In this document: piece after piece, positions 46,501-55,818 of the stretch
Numbering within the stretch: the first letter of the stretch is position 1
How the letters are laid out: every line of letters begins with the position of its first letter
Assembly (NCBI GenBank): GCA_020184695.1
Contig: JAANOX010000253.1
Coordinates: 1 to 64,000 of the forward strand
Reading direction: 5' to 3'
DNA length: 64,000 bases
From: Histomonas meleagridis 2922-C6/04-290x
Taxonomy: Eukaryota > Protista > Parabasalia
Translations under genes and position numbers: made by a program
Notes under the pieces: model-generated
What the model was told of the DNA's origin: nothing
What the model saw: only the letters and a program-made list of their open reading frames with translations
The model's database searches: none

Positions 46501-49500
46501 CATTTGTTGTATAGAATTCATTAAATAACATGTTGTCTTTATAATCATTATTTGAAGCTTTGATTGTCTTATCCAAATAAAAATCATCAAATTTACATTT
46601 TATGTTTTCTATTTCTTTATAATTGCCTTTATCTATTTGATAACATTCACTAAATGTTAATTTTTCTTGTGAATTAATTTGATATTCTTGATCACAAACA
46701 AATTTAATATCATTTTTAACTTGTTTCTGCGTTATTTGAGCAGTTATAGATGTATCTAATAAAAATTGTGTCTCATTTTGCTCTAAACAAATTGTCTCAC
46801 TTACATTGAAGTCCATATTAATTTCATTTTTAACTTTTGAATTTCGAGATTTTGTATTGGATGATTTTTCGTTTTTATCATTATTTATAACAGAAATATC
46901 ATCAATTGTAAATTTATCTTGAAATGTATCATTATTTTTAATGGTGAAATCAGAAATATTTTTATATTCTTCATTTTTAATAACAAATTTAGAAGTATTT
47001 TCTTTAAAATCATTTTTAGGAATGACGAATTCCGATGAGAAAATTTTATCTCTAAATATATATGGCTTAACATATTGCGAATGTTGATCTTCAGCAATTA
47101 ATTGTGGCTTTAATTTGAAGTCATCATTAGAAGAAATATTATTTTTCGTTTTAGTTTTGAATTCCGAAGGTTTAATTTTAAAGTTGTCGGCATCAATAAT
47201 GTAAGTGCATTTTTGCTTAAAGTTATCATTTTTAACTTTACATACATTGTGATTGTCAATTTGATTACATTCGTCGATTTTGAAAGAAGAATCATATTTA
47301 TACGTTCCATTAATTTGTTCTTCGATTTCTCTTTTAATACTTTGTTCTTCTTCAATTTCTTTTAGATAGTATTCTGAGATTTTTTTTGATTTAATTATAT
47401 CTTCTTCATATTCATATTCTTCGTCAGATGATACATCTCTTGTAACAGAATTGATTTGAGGTGGACAAGAAAATTCTTCGAATATCATATTGTCTTGATA
47501 AATAGTATTAAAATCTGTTGTAAGATTATATTGATTTGTATCATATTGTGAATATTGTGTTAAATTTGTTTCTGTTTGTATATTATTTGTTTGTAATTTA
47601 AATTCATCAAAATTCCTTTTATCTTGGAATTTATTATCAATTAAATTATCAGTTTCATTTGATGATTTTGATTTGAAATTAATTTGTGCAATTTTATAAT
47701 CAGTAGTTAAATCTTTAAATAATATTTTATCTTGGAATTTAATTTTTGATATTGATTTAATGTGATCATGATTTTGATAAACTTTATCATTTTTGGTTAT
47801 TATTTCTTTGGAACTAATTTGATTGGTTTCATTTGTAACTTTTGTTTCTGTTTGAAGTGCTTTATTAATTTGCATGTAATTTTCTGTTATTTTTTTGTTG
47901 TTTGGTATCTTAAAGTTATCACTTAAATATAATATACTTAATGGAATTGAAACACTATCAGTTTTGACGTTTTTACATTTAAATTCATCAGGCGAAAGTT
48001 TAAACATAAACTTTTTATATGAAACGAATGAATCGTTTGATGTATTCATTGAACTTTGATTATTAGTCAATTTTGAACATTCATCTCGATATTGATTGTT
48101 TTGATATTTTAAAAGATTTTTTGCACCATTTTTATGTGTTTCCAAAATTTCATAATTCGGAAGTGCATTATTTAAATTAAATTCTTTACATTCATTTTTA
48201 TTAAAACTAATTCGATCAATATCATAAAATTCATCCTTATAAATAACTTTACTTGTTTCATCGCCAAAATTTTGCATCTCAAAATCATTTGCAACATAAA
48301 CATAATTTTGTTTATTTTCTTTGATTGAATCAAATTTTGTAAGAAGATATTTATCTGACTGATAATCGTCTTTGTAAATAAAAGTTTCAGGTGATGTAAA
48401 TTTTTCATCATACATAATTTTTAATGAATTTATCATTGGATTAAAACCTAATTCACATTCTTTATCAATAACATAATTTTGTTCATCAGAATTTTGTTGA
48501 TTTTCTTTCATTTGTTTTATATTTTCATCGTTTGAAATTTCCTTTTGCTTCTGATTTGAGATAATATTATCTTCATTTTGTATTTCACTTTTTTCGTATT
48601 TAGAGCTTAAATAATTATCAGTTTGTATTTGTTCATTATCTGTTTTATTGTTCATATTTGTAATTTCTTGATCTTCTTCACTTTCAGTTTTAAGAGATAA
48701 AAAGCCTTCGTCGAAATTTTCTTTTTCTTTAATTTGACCATTTTGAATATCAACAAAAGATTTTTTGTAATATGAATCATTTGAATTAACACTTTCTGAG
48801 TTCGATTTATCATTAACTTGAATTAAATTCTCTTTTTCATTCGCTTTTTGCTCATTTTGTACTTCATTTGATGAAATTTGCTTTTCTTCTTCATTTGAAT
48901 CAAAATTGATTGGTAAAGATGAAAAATAATCATCGCTTTGAGATTTATCTTTAATTTGTTTAATATTTTTGTCATTTATTTGTTGTACATAATTGAAATC
49001 ATAGCTTTCGTTATTATCAATTTTTTGTTTTATATCAGAATCTTCATTACTTTCAGAATTATCATCACTGGATTTTATGAAAATATTACTTTTAATGCGA
49101 TAATTTTCAAATTTTATTTCCGAAGAACTGCTTTCATCGATTAAACTTGCATCACTAGAATTTAAATTGATTTTGCTATTATGGCGTAGTTCATAATTCT
49201 CATTTTCATTATTTGAATGATTTAAGTCATCATTACTTTTAGTTTCTTTTGTTAGTTTCGATGAACTGTCTTCATAATTTTCATTACTTGGTTTCATTTG
49301 ATCATTTATTTGATTATCATCATTTTTATTAATTTGCTTTGAAGCACTATGTTCATCATCAGATCTTAAGAGAATGTTATCTTTAGTGTTTTGTTGTGAA
49401 TCACCACTTTCGTCTTTATCATGATTTAGTTCTAATTCATATCCGATTTCACTCGCAGAACTATTTTTATCACTTTCTTTTATATCATCATTTATTTTAT

Positions 49501-50050
49501 TTTCGTCTATTTTATTTATTTGTTTTGAGAAACCATTCTCATTATTTTCTTCATCATTTGGTGAGATTTGCTTTATAATTTTGCTATCGTGAGTTTCATT
49601 GGATGATTTTATGGAATTGTTTTGTTCATTGTTTGTGTTGAATTTTTCTGAACTTTCACCAGAAATAGATTTAAAGTACCCGCCATTTTTAACTAAATGG
49701 TTTTCAGTAATTGGTTGTGTAAAACTGTTTCCATTTAATGATTCTGCACTTTGAGGCTCTTGTGGTAAAATATTTGCTGCTTTTTTCTCAAAAGTTGAAT
49801 TGTCGTCAGGCTGATTAATATCAACAAGTTCTTGGTCGAGTTCAGATTGCCATGATTCTTTTTCCCTTTGTAATTGTGCTATTTCATTTGTTAATTCTTC
49901 TACAATTATTTTGAATTTTGGTCTTCGTCGTTTAACTACATGAATATCTGATGGTGATTTTGCATTGGAAAAACTTTTAACTCTATTACTAATACTAGAA
50001 TATGTATCTCCTAAAATTGGTGGATTTTGGTTGAATAAATTTCTTCTCAT
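43535..50050 (-). CDS. Large acidic/Asn-rich low-complexity protein with internal FQDKxxFDEF repeats; C-terminal helical domain (possibly GAP-like)
   Basis: 2171-aa open ORF. The recurring motif (F/Y)QDK(M/I/V)xF(D/N/E)EF lies roughly at 45400-47800. The GAP-like assignment is weak. Confidence 0.7.
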   Translation of the reverse strand: MRRNLFNQNPPILGDTYSSISNRVKSFSNAKSPSDIHVVKRRRPKFKIIVEELTNEIAQLQREKESWQSELDQELVDINQPDDNSTFEKKAANILPQEPQSAESLNGNSFTQPITENHLVKNGGYFKSISGESSEKFNTNNEQNNSIKSSNETHDSKIIKQISPNDEENNENGFSKQINKIDENKINDDIKESDKNSSASEIGYELELNHDKDESGDSQQNTKDNILLRSDDEHSASKQINKNDDNQINDQMKPSNENYEDSSSKLTKETKSNDDLNHSNNENENYELRHNSKINLNSSDASLIDESSSSEIKFENYRIKSNIFIKSSDDNSESNEDSDIKQKIDNNESYDFNYVQQINDKNIKQIKDKSQSDDYFSSLPINFDSNEEEKQISSNEVQNEQKANEKENLIQVNDKSNSESVNSNDSYYKKSFVDIQNGQIKEKENFDEGFLSLKTESEEDQEITNMNNKTDNEQIQTDNYLSSKYEKSEIQNEDNIISNQKQKEISNDENIKQMKENQQNSDEQNYVIDKECELGFNPMINSLKIMYDEKFTSPETFIYKDDYQSDKYLLTKFDSIKENKQNYVYVANDFEMQNFGDETSKVIYKDEFYDIDRISFNKNECKEFNLNNALPNYEILETHKNGAKNLLKYQNNQYRDECSKLTNNQSSMNTSNDSFVSYKKFMFKLSPDEFKCKNVKTDSVSIPLSILYLSDNFKIPNNKKITENYMQINKALQTETKVTNETNQISSKEIITKNDKVYQNHDHIKSISKIKFQDKILFKDLTTDYKIAQINFKSKSSNETDNLIDNKFQDKRNFDEFKLQTNNIQTETNLTQYSQYDTNQYNLTTDFNTIYQDNMIFEEFSCPPQINSVTRDVSSDEEYEYEEDIIKSKKISEYYLKEIEEEQSIKREIEEQINGTYKYDSSFKIDECNQIDNHNVCKVKNDNFKQKCTYIIDADNFKIKPSEFKTKTKNNISSNDDFKLKPQLIAEDQHSQYVKPYIFRDKIFSSEFVIPKNDFKENTSKFVIKNEEYKNISDFTIKNNDTFQDKFTIDDISVINNDKNEKSSNTKSRNSKVKNEINMDFNVSETICLEQNETQFLLDTSITAQITQKQVKNDIKFVCDQEYQINSQEKLTFSECYQIDKGNYKEIENIKCKFDDFYLDKTIKASNNDYKDNMLFNEFYTTNVTNYKDELSKSKDVFQDKMNFDEFVSKHLHVNNSDQKSLIYGVELLIKDSLIENETEFKFMTPQSYQCLSAFDLPMKGNISEFKIPQIKYDSKSFNEFNVNSTKNEFHDKMIFDEFKLISINKADNIIENKFKDKMLFDEFIKSTNETDLINDKFQDKIIFNEFVLKSVNETENKLAETEFQNKVIFDEFNLKSTNEIDIFDNTFQDKMTFDEFKLKSTNKSYSTLDNEFQDKMLFEEFVSISTNETDSDLINDKFQDKVIFNEFISKSVNETENKLNNNEFQDKVVFDEFISKSTNEIDNLYGKFQDKMTFDEFKSKLQTNDTQTETNSTQYSKYDTNQFNDTTEFECNYQDTMIFEEFHSTLQINSLPSIPSEEEYYEYEEEEQIISEHFQEEVKEINIVNKVTAEQQIQVEEIIETNIEDQQITEETIKDKEQQIEEEGLFNDIPTLFTSYETPLISNYQYKDYLQSTSFQDILNFDTYQDVYKIIPSNKQENDKVEVHHHSHRSTSSQLSTKERKSPSLVVTFKQQNNIPKSNRKHLRDFIRDPLQQLSVASDESEALMHSLSFDISDLSLNQIINDEPIIDYRAFYQSSPFPIRPNPNLPIPTNYSDLIKFSLQFITEDLKPKIHSLNNKIFFSEVLKVKDKSMKTKFVITKDNFFKSKLGIYPLDKIIAKKSFKGFVIYSKKGELLYELESKHEKIWLRLINNKEKISDLSIISLLSESGTFEDSLLSPSLYLEQILLNSSTFPISLIKQLFRVFIEKKSHHYLIRALFLSSLSTTTPILLFQKQNNYSKQLIVLFIAFSFKWIQNIINTIDEKKVVKPSRFLNIILKAIMKLPKESMYIIRVIVIMAMFAIGDRKIVFSIFVSFLSSSIFEVLRITNQVKQIQFMKTMFSQILIKINEMDEENKMIINLINVFLHILQREIKFEKMDKPNISLINDFVNEHKNEIEEELEKFIKQEPEKHIMIYSFVQNFKFINDVILKRK

Positions 50051-50135
50051 TCCATTTTTCTGGCAAAAGAAACGTTAAGCTTAAAATGTGTTAACGTATA
50101 TATAACGGGCACTTTTTTAACGGTCTTCAAAAAAA

Positions 50136-52967
50136 ATGAGCAAAATCGTTGGTTATGTTTCCACACCAACAGCTGATTTTAATGTAATAAAAAATTGCAA
50201 AGTTAATATCGAGGGAAACAAAATTTCTTTAGTTGATGATACATCTACATCTGAATTTGTTCAAGAAAATTCATTTGATCAAGTATTCCAAGATTTTGAT
50301 TCAATAATAAATTTAATTCCACCTAATAAATCATATAGAATAATTAGTATTTGTAGTCAATATTCCATTCCTCAATTTCAAGAAATTTGTGATATTTGCA
50401 TAAAAATTGCAAATCATTATTTTCTTGAATCACCACAAAAACTAAAAATTTCTATAGGTACTCTTCATGACTCGTATGTTATTGATTTCCTTTCAGTTCA
50501 AAATCAAAAGAAAGATAAACTTGAGTTAATTGAAACTGTTACTCAGTTTGATGCAACAGATATTATAGAGAGTGCCTTTAGTAAACCCAGGAAAATTCAA
50601 AACACTGCCTTTGTTTATAGAATTGAAGAAGGTGATAATTTCTTTGAATGGGTTATCATCTCAAACGTTGATTCCTTTATTCCAACTTCATCTCCGTCCA
50701 ATCTCCAACCTAATGAGAAATTTCTTTTTCTAATCAAACAACTTCAATCTTCCCAATCACCAAACATTGAAAAATTCAGACAAATTTCCAATATCTTTCG
50801 ACTTATTTCAGACTCACTTTCAGACGTTGAAACACTTTTTGTATGCCATATTTCACGTAATGTTTCATTTAAATCGAATTCTTCCATATTTAAAATTTCC
50901 ACATATTTCAAAGATTTTAATATTAAAATCGAACCAAAACGAAGCGAATTATTTTATGATATGAATGAAAAAGATTTAGATAATGTATCAAATAGTGTAA
51001 ATAGTGAACTTTCTTTAACGCCATTAAAAGATAACGAAGATAAAACTGAAGAAGAAAACATTAAATACAAAAATGCACTTGTGGAGTTCTTGAATATGAA
51101 AGAAGGCGCAGAAGAAGAAAAAACGAAAAATGAAAATGAAAATCAAAAACCGAAACTTCAAATTCAACCACAAAATGAAGAAAATGATGAACAACAAAAT
51201 AAAAAAGAAAAATCATCAAAACAAACAAAACCAAAATTAGAAATACAGCAACAAAATGAAAACGAAGAACAGCAAAAGAAAACAATTAAAACTAAATCAC
51301 CAAAACAACAAAAGCAGAAACCAAAATTAGAAATTCAACAACAAAATGAAAACGAAGAGCAACAAAACAAAACAACAAAATTAAGATCTCCAAGACAAAC
51401 AAAATCAAAATCGGAAACTCAACAACAAAACGAAACAGAAGAACAACAAAACAAAATAAAACAGAAGTCAACACCAAAACAACAAAAACAGAAACCAAAA
51501 CTTGAAATTCAACAGCAAAACGAGAATGAAGAACAACAAAACAAAACAACAAAATTAAGATCTCCAAGACAAACAAAATCAAAATCGGAAATTCAACAAC
51601 AAAATGAAACAGAAGAACAACAAAACAAAATAAAACAGAAGTCAACACCAAAACAACAAAAACAGAAACCAAAACTTGAAATTCAACAGCAAAACGAGAA
51701 TGAAGAACAACAAAACAAAATAAAGCAAAAGTCATCACCAAAACAACAAAAGCAAAAGCCAAAACTCGAAATTCAGCAGCAAAACGAAGAAATTGATGAA
51801 CAAAAGAACAAAAAGTTAAGGCCAAAGTTACCAATACGACAACAAAAGACAAAACCCGAAACACAGCAACAAAATGATGAAGATTCCGAAGAAGAAATTA
51901 AAATTAAACCAAAATTAGAAATTAAACAACAAAATGACGAAAACAATGAACAACAAAACAAAAAGTTAAAATCGCCACAACAAAAGCCGAAACTCGAAAT
52001 CCAACAACAAAATGAAGACAACAATAAATCAAAAATACCAAAACAACAGCAACAAAAGCCGAAACTCGAAATCCAACAACAAAATGAAGACAACAATAAA
52101 TCAAAAATACCAAAACAACAGCAACAAAAGCCGAAACTCGAAATCCAACAACAGAACAACGAAAGTAATGAACAACAAAACAGAAAACCAAAATCACCAA
52201 AACAGCAAAAGCAAAAACTTGAAATTCAATTACAAGAAGAAGAAACTCCACAAAATAATAAAACAAAATCAAAATTACCGCAACCAAAATCTAAGCCAAA
52301 ACTTACAATACAAAGTAATGAACAAACTGAGCAACAAAAGACAAAACCGAAATTACAAATACAAACGAATAACTCAAATCAAATCAATTTTGAGATATAT
52401 GACAATTATTCATCGGATGAATCATCTGAAGAAACAGAAAAACCAAATCCAAACACAATAAGTCCACGAAAGAATAAAACCAAAAAGACGAGAATTGTTC
52501 CGAAACAAGACAATGAAAATGAACAAGAAAATATAACTCCACAGAAAGAACTATTTAAGATGCAATTAATTTGTTTCGAAGCAATAAAATTTGCGAAACA
52601 AGATAACATAACAGAAGAAGAAATCAATCAAAAAAGTATTGAGTTACATCAATACTTAGATAAAAAAGATGAACGAAGAGAGAAAATGGAAAATGATATT
52701 AAGAAATGTCGTGCGAAAACAAGAAAATTAACAAAGAAACATAAGGAAACAATTGAAGCGATTGAACAAACACGTGAAACTTATTTCAAATTACACAAAA
52801 AGCGATTGTTGAATGAAATATCAGTAAAAGCAAATAAACAAAAAGAAGAAAAACAAAAAGGAAATAGCGAATATGAAAAGACAATTGTTAAATTAGAAGA
52901 AATGAAAAAGAAATTGGAAAAAGAAGTCGAATCTTTAGAAAGAAAAGTAAATAGAAAAAGTAAGTGA
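50136..52967 (+). CDS. Coiled-coil protein with KPKLEIQQQN repeats; N-terminus weakly kinesin-motor-like (degenerate)
   Basis: 943-aa ORF with central K/Q/E-rich repeats (~51140-52250) and a C-terminal coiled coil. An SFDQVF motif is present but there is no P-loop. Confidence 0.65.
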   Translation: MSKIVGYVSTPTADFNVIKNCKVNIEGNKISLVDDTSTSEFVQENSFDQVFQDFDSIINLIPPNKSYRIISICSQYSIPQFQEICDICIKIANHYFLESPQKLKISIGTLHDSYVIDFLSVQNQKKDKLELIETVTQFDATDIIESAFSKPRKIQNTAFVYRIEEGDNFFEWVIISNVDSFIPTSSPSNLQPNEKFLFLIKQLQSSQSPNIEKFRQISNIFRLISDSLSDVETLFVCHISRNVSFKSNSSIFKISTYFKDFNIKIEPKRSELFYDMNEKDLDNVSNSVNSELSLTPLKDNEDKTEEENIKYKNALVEFLNMKEGAEEEKTKNENENQKPKLQIQPQNEENDEQQNKKEKSSKQTKPKLEIQQQNENEEQQKKTIKTKSPKQQKQKPKLEIQQQNENEEQQNKTTKLRSPRQTKSKSETQQQNETEEQQNKIKQKSTPKQQKQKPKLEIQQQNENEEQQNKTTKLRSPRQTKSKSEIQQQNETEEQQNKIKQKSTPKQQKQKPKLEIQQQNENEEQQNKIKQKSSPKQQKQKPKLEIQQQNEEIDEQKNKKLRPKLPIRQQKTKPETQQQNDEDSEEEIKIKPKLEIKQQNDENNEQQNKKLKSPQQKPKLEIQQQNEDNNKSKIPKQQQQKPKLEIQQQNEDNNKSKIPKQQQQKPKLEIQQQNNESNEQQNRKPKSPKQQKQKLEIQLQEEETPQNNKTKSKLPQPKSKPKLTIQSNEQTEQQKTKPKLQIQTNNSNQINFEIYDNYSSDESSEETEKPNPNTISPRKNKTKKTRIVPKQDNENEQENITPQKELFKMQLICFEAIKFAKQDNITEEEINQKSIELHQYLDKKDERREKMENDIKKCRAKTRKLTKKHKETIEAIEQTRETYFKLHKKRLLNEISVKANKQKEEKQKGNSEYEKTIVKLEEMKKKLEKEVESLERKVNRKSK

Positions 52968-53006
52968 TTTTTAAATAAATAAAAACAAGAAATAATTTTG
53001 TCGTTG

Positions 53007-53402
53007 TTAGATGTGGAGATAATCAGATGCAACTACAAGTTCAAGTAATAGGGAATTATCAACTTGAAACTTGGATATCTGTTCGGGATCATCTTTATAT
53101 AGATATAAGAAATGTAAGTAATCAATGAGTTTTTCAACAACAGGACCGCTAAATTGTGGGAATCGAATTTCGTTGGTAAGTGATTCTTGATATTTAAGTG
53201 AATCATTAAATAGAGATTTTAAAATACTGGATTGAAAAGCAATTTCTTTTTCTAGAAAAAATTGTGAACCATCATTCGAAATTATTTTGATATAATCTTG
53301 TGGTCCTAATGGTTCGTTAAAATCTTCTTCTTCCTTTTCAGGTTCATCTGATCCTCCGTCTTCAGAAATGAATTCAGCATTTGGATTAGCGCTTGTGTCC
53401 AT
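53007..53402 (-). CDS. ELOC: Elongin C / Skp1-family protein
   Basis: YIKIISNDGSQFFL...S.ILKSL...NEIRF....GPVVEKLIDYL.F.Y.Y...LLELVVASDYL is typical of Elongin C. Probable start MDTS at 53402. Confidence 0.8.
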   Translation of the reverse strand: MDTSANPNAEFISEDGGSDEPEKEEEDFNEPLGPQDYIKIISNDGSQFFLEKEIAFQSSILKSLFNDSLKYQESLTNEIRFPQFSGPVVEKLIDYLHFLYLYKDDPEQISKFQVDNSLLLELVVASDYLHI

Positions 53403-53767
53403 ATTTAACGGTTGTGATATGAAAATTGAGATAAAAGCGATCATAACCGTGATATTCTGCTTCTATTTTTCAGATTAACAGATACAAAGCTTCAATTAAA
53501 ATCCACAAGTCTGTTGTAAAAACCAACATTGTAAAATGGTGCAAAGTCATTTACCTTATATCAAGAATTTGGAATAAAACATTAATTTCTGCGCAATTTT
53601 TATGATCATATAAAATATTTCAAATTATAAAGTAATTTCGAATGCTATTAAATAAGATTTTGGGTTAAGACAAAATAAATTTATTCCTAGTGGTCAACAA
53701 AGTTTTTCCAATCAACTAAAATTATTTGTTTTAATTTTGGTGGAATAACACATAATATATTAATAAT

Positions 53768-53838
53768 ATACTGTTATTTTCAAAATTCATATGAATTTTC
53801 TATCGGCAGTATGTCCGGACATTTGAAAATAACAGTAT
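53768..53838. repeat. 71-bp element with 17-bp inverted ends and two internal palindromes
   Basis: ATACTGTTATTTTCAAA...TTTGAAAATAACAGTAT, with internal AAAATTCATATGAATTTT and ATGTCCGGACAT. Confidence 0.8.
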
Positions 53839-53897
53839 TCTATTTTAAGTAAATATACTTTCATAAATAATTATATATAATATATGTTTATTTTCAA

Positions 53898-55505
53898 TCA
53901 AAAGTCTAATTCCTTGTCTACTTTCACCTCGAAACTATTAGAAGTACCCGCAGTAATATCGACAGCCTTTACATTTAGCAAACCATCGATATCGATAGAG
54001 AATGTTAACTGAATCCTTGGAACGTCATTTGCCGCATGTTGGATATCACTTATTATGAATGATCCGATATATTTATTTCTAATTGTTTCTTTTTCTTCTC
54101 CCATAAATATTTTGATTCTTACTTTTGTTTTATCCTTTTTCATTGTCGTATATAAACGTGGTGATGAAGTATACGGAACTTTAAAACCTTTTGGAATGAT
54201 AACATCCATGTCTTTTCGCTTTAATTCGACACCTAATGACTTTGAAACAATTGGTATGTATCTATAGATTGGATAATCTTCATCTTCATCATAGTCACCA
54301 TTATCATTGTTTTTATAGAGATTCGCTGCTACAATTGTTGCACCTATTGTTACTGCCTTTTCAGGATCAATGTTTTTGCATATTTTTTCTTGGCCGAAAA
54401 AGCTTTGGAGTTCTGATACTACTTTTGGAATTCTTGATGAACCTCCTACCATTATTACATAATCGACTTTTGATTTATCAATATTTGCTTCACTTAAAGC
54501 TTCTTTTACAGGTATTAATAATTGTTCAAATATTTTCGCATTTATTTCTTCAAATGTTGCGCGATCTATTTTATCATCAAAATCAATCATATTTATTAAT
54601 GCTTGAATATGAACCTGATATGAAGTTGTGCTTGATAATGTTATCTTGCATTTCTCACATTGATTTTTAAGCAAATGACATGCACGTTGATTATTACGGA
54701 TATTAATATTATGTTTTTCTTCAAAACGTTTCGCAAAATATTCAAAAAGGTTATTATCAAGATCTTGACCTCCAAGTTGAAGATTACCTTTGACAGCTAA
54801 TATATTAAAATGTTTGTTTTCAACTTCAAGTATTGATACATCAAGTGTACCACCACCAAAGTCAAACACAAGAATTATTTTCTTCTCGTTATATTTTTCT
54901 TGAAGGCCATATGCAATCGCTGCTGCTGTTGGCTCATCGATTATTCGTAATACATTAAAACCTGCTTTTTCGGCTGCTTTTTTCGTGGCTTCTTTTTGAA
55001 CCAATTCGAAACTCGCTGGAACGGTAATAACCGCATTGCCTACATCTGAACCAAAACGATCATGGTAAATTTTCTTGACTTTTTTTAACAGAAATGATGA
55101 TATGTCAATTGGTGTATAAAACTTCTCTTGATCTTGAAATGGTTGAATCAGTATAGAGTCGCTGGCATCATCACCAACAACTTTAAATGGCCAAAACTTC
55201 ATAAGCTCTTTGATAATTTTATCATTAAACTTATGACCAAGCATACGTTTTGAATCATATATAGAAGATTTTGGGATAAAAGGTGTTTGTTCCTTCGCTG
55301 CATATCCAACAATAATATCATTATCATCAGTAAAAGTAACATAAGATGGAATAGAACTTTTGCCATTCTCATCATTTAATATTTCAACATTTGAATGTTT
55401 TATACTTTCACCACTTTCAAGAATCCCAGCACTGAAGTAAGTTGTTCCAAGATCAATACCGATTATTGGGGTATGGCTAGTTATCATTCCTCTTGAAGAA
55501 AACAT
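53898..55505 (-). CDS. Hsp70/DnaK-family protein, lacking the C-terminal lid
   Basis: IGIDLGTTY, TVPA.F, EPTAAAIAYG, VFDFGGGTLDVS, VGGSSRIP and a partial substrate-binding domain. It ends at 535 aa. Confidence 0.9.
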   Translation of the reverse strand: MFSSRGMITSHTPIIGIDLGTTYFSAGILESGESIKHSNVEILNDENGKSSIPSYVTFTDDNDIIVGYAAKEQTPFIPKSSIYDSKRMLGHKFNDKIIKELMKFWPFKVVGDDASDSILIQPFQDQEKFYTPIDISSFLLKKVKKIYHDRFGSDVGNAVITVPASFELVQKEATKKAAEKAGFNVLRIIDEPTAAAIAYGLQEKYNEKKIILVFDFGGGTLDVSILEVENKHFNILAVKGNLQLGGQDLDNNLFEYFAKRFEEKHNINIRNNQRACHLLKNQCEKCKITLSSTTSYQVHIQALINMIDFDDKIDRATFEEINAKIFEQLLIPVKEALSEANIDKSKVDYVIMVGGSSRIPKVVSELQSFFGQEKICKNIDPEKAVTIGATIVAANLYKNNDNGDYDEDEDYPIYRYIPIVSKSLGVELKRKDMDVIIPKGFKVPYTSSPRLYTTMKKDKTKVRIKIFMGEEKETIRNKYIGSFIISDIQHAANDVPRIQLTFSIDIDGLLNVKAVDITAGTSNSFEVKVDKELDF

Positions 55506-55818
55506 AAAATATGATCTGAGATAAAAAATGCCAATTGAAACAAACCGTTTTTCCTTTGGAACACTTCGAACTTGGCATTTTTAATTCCTCGTAATAAATA
55601 ATGAAAGCATAAAATATCTCTTATGTACCAAATTATAAAATGCAATATTTGAATAGATTCATAAAAATTGTAATTTTTTTTCAGGAAAAGTTGTATACAA
55701 AAATGTTAAAATTATTCTTATATTTATAAAGCGTTATGTAAATCGATAATTTATGTTGCAACTTCGATACAATAACACGATATTCAAGGAACGGTTCCAT
55801 AATTTCTTTTTAAACTAT

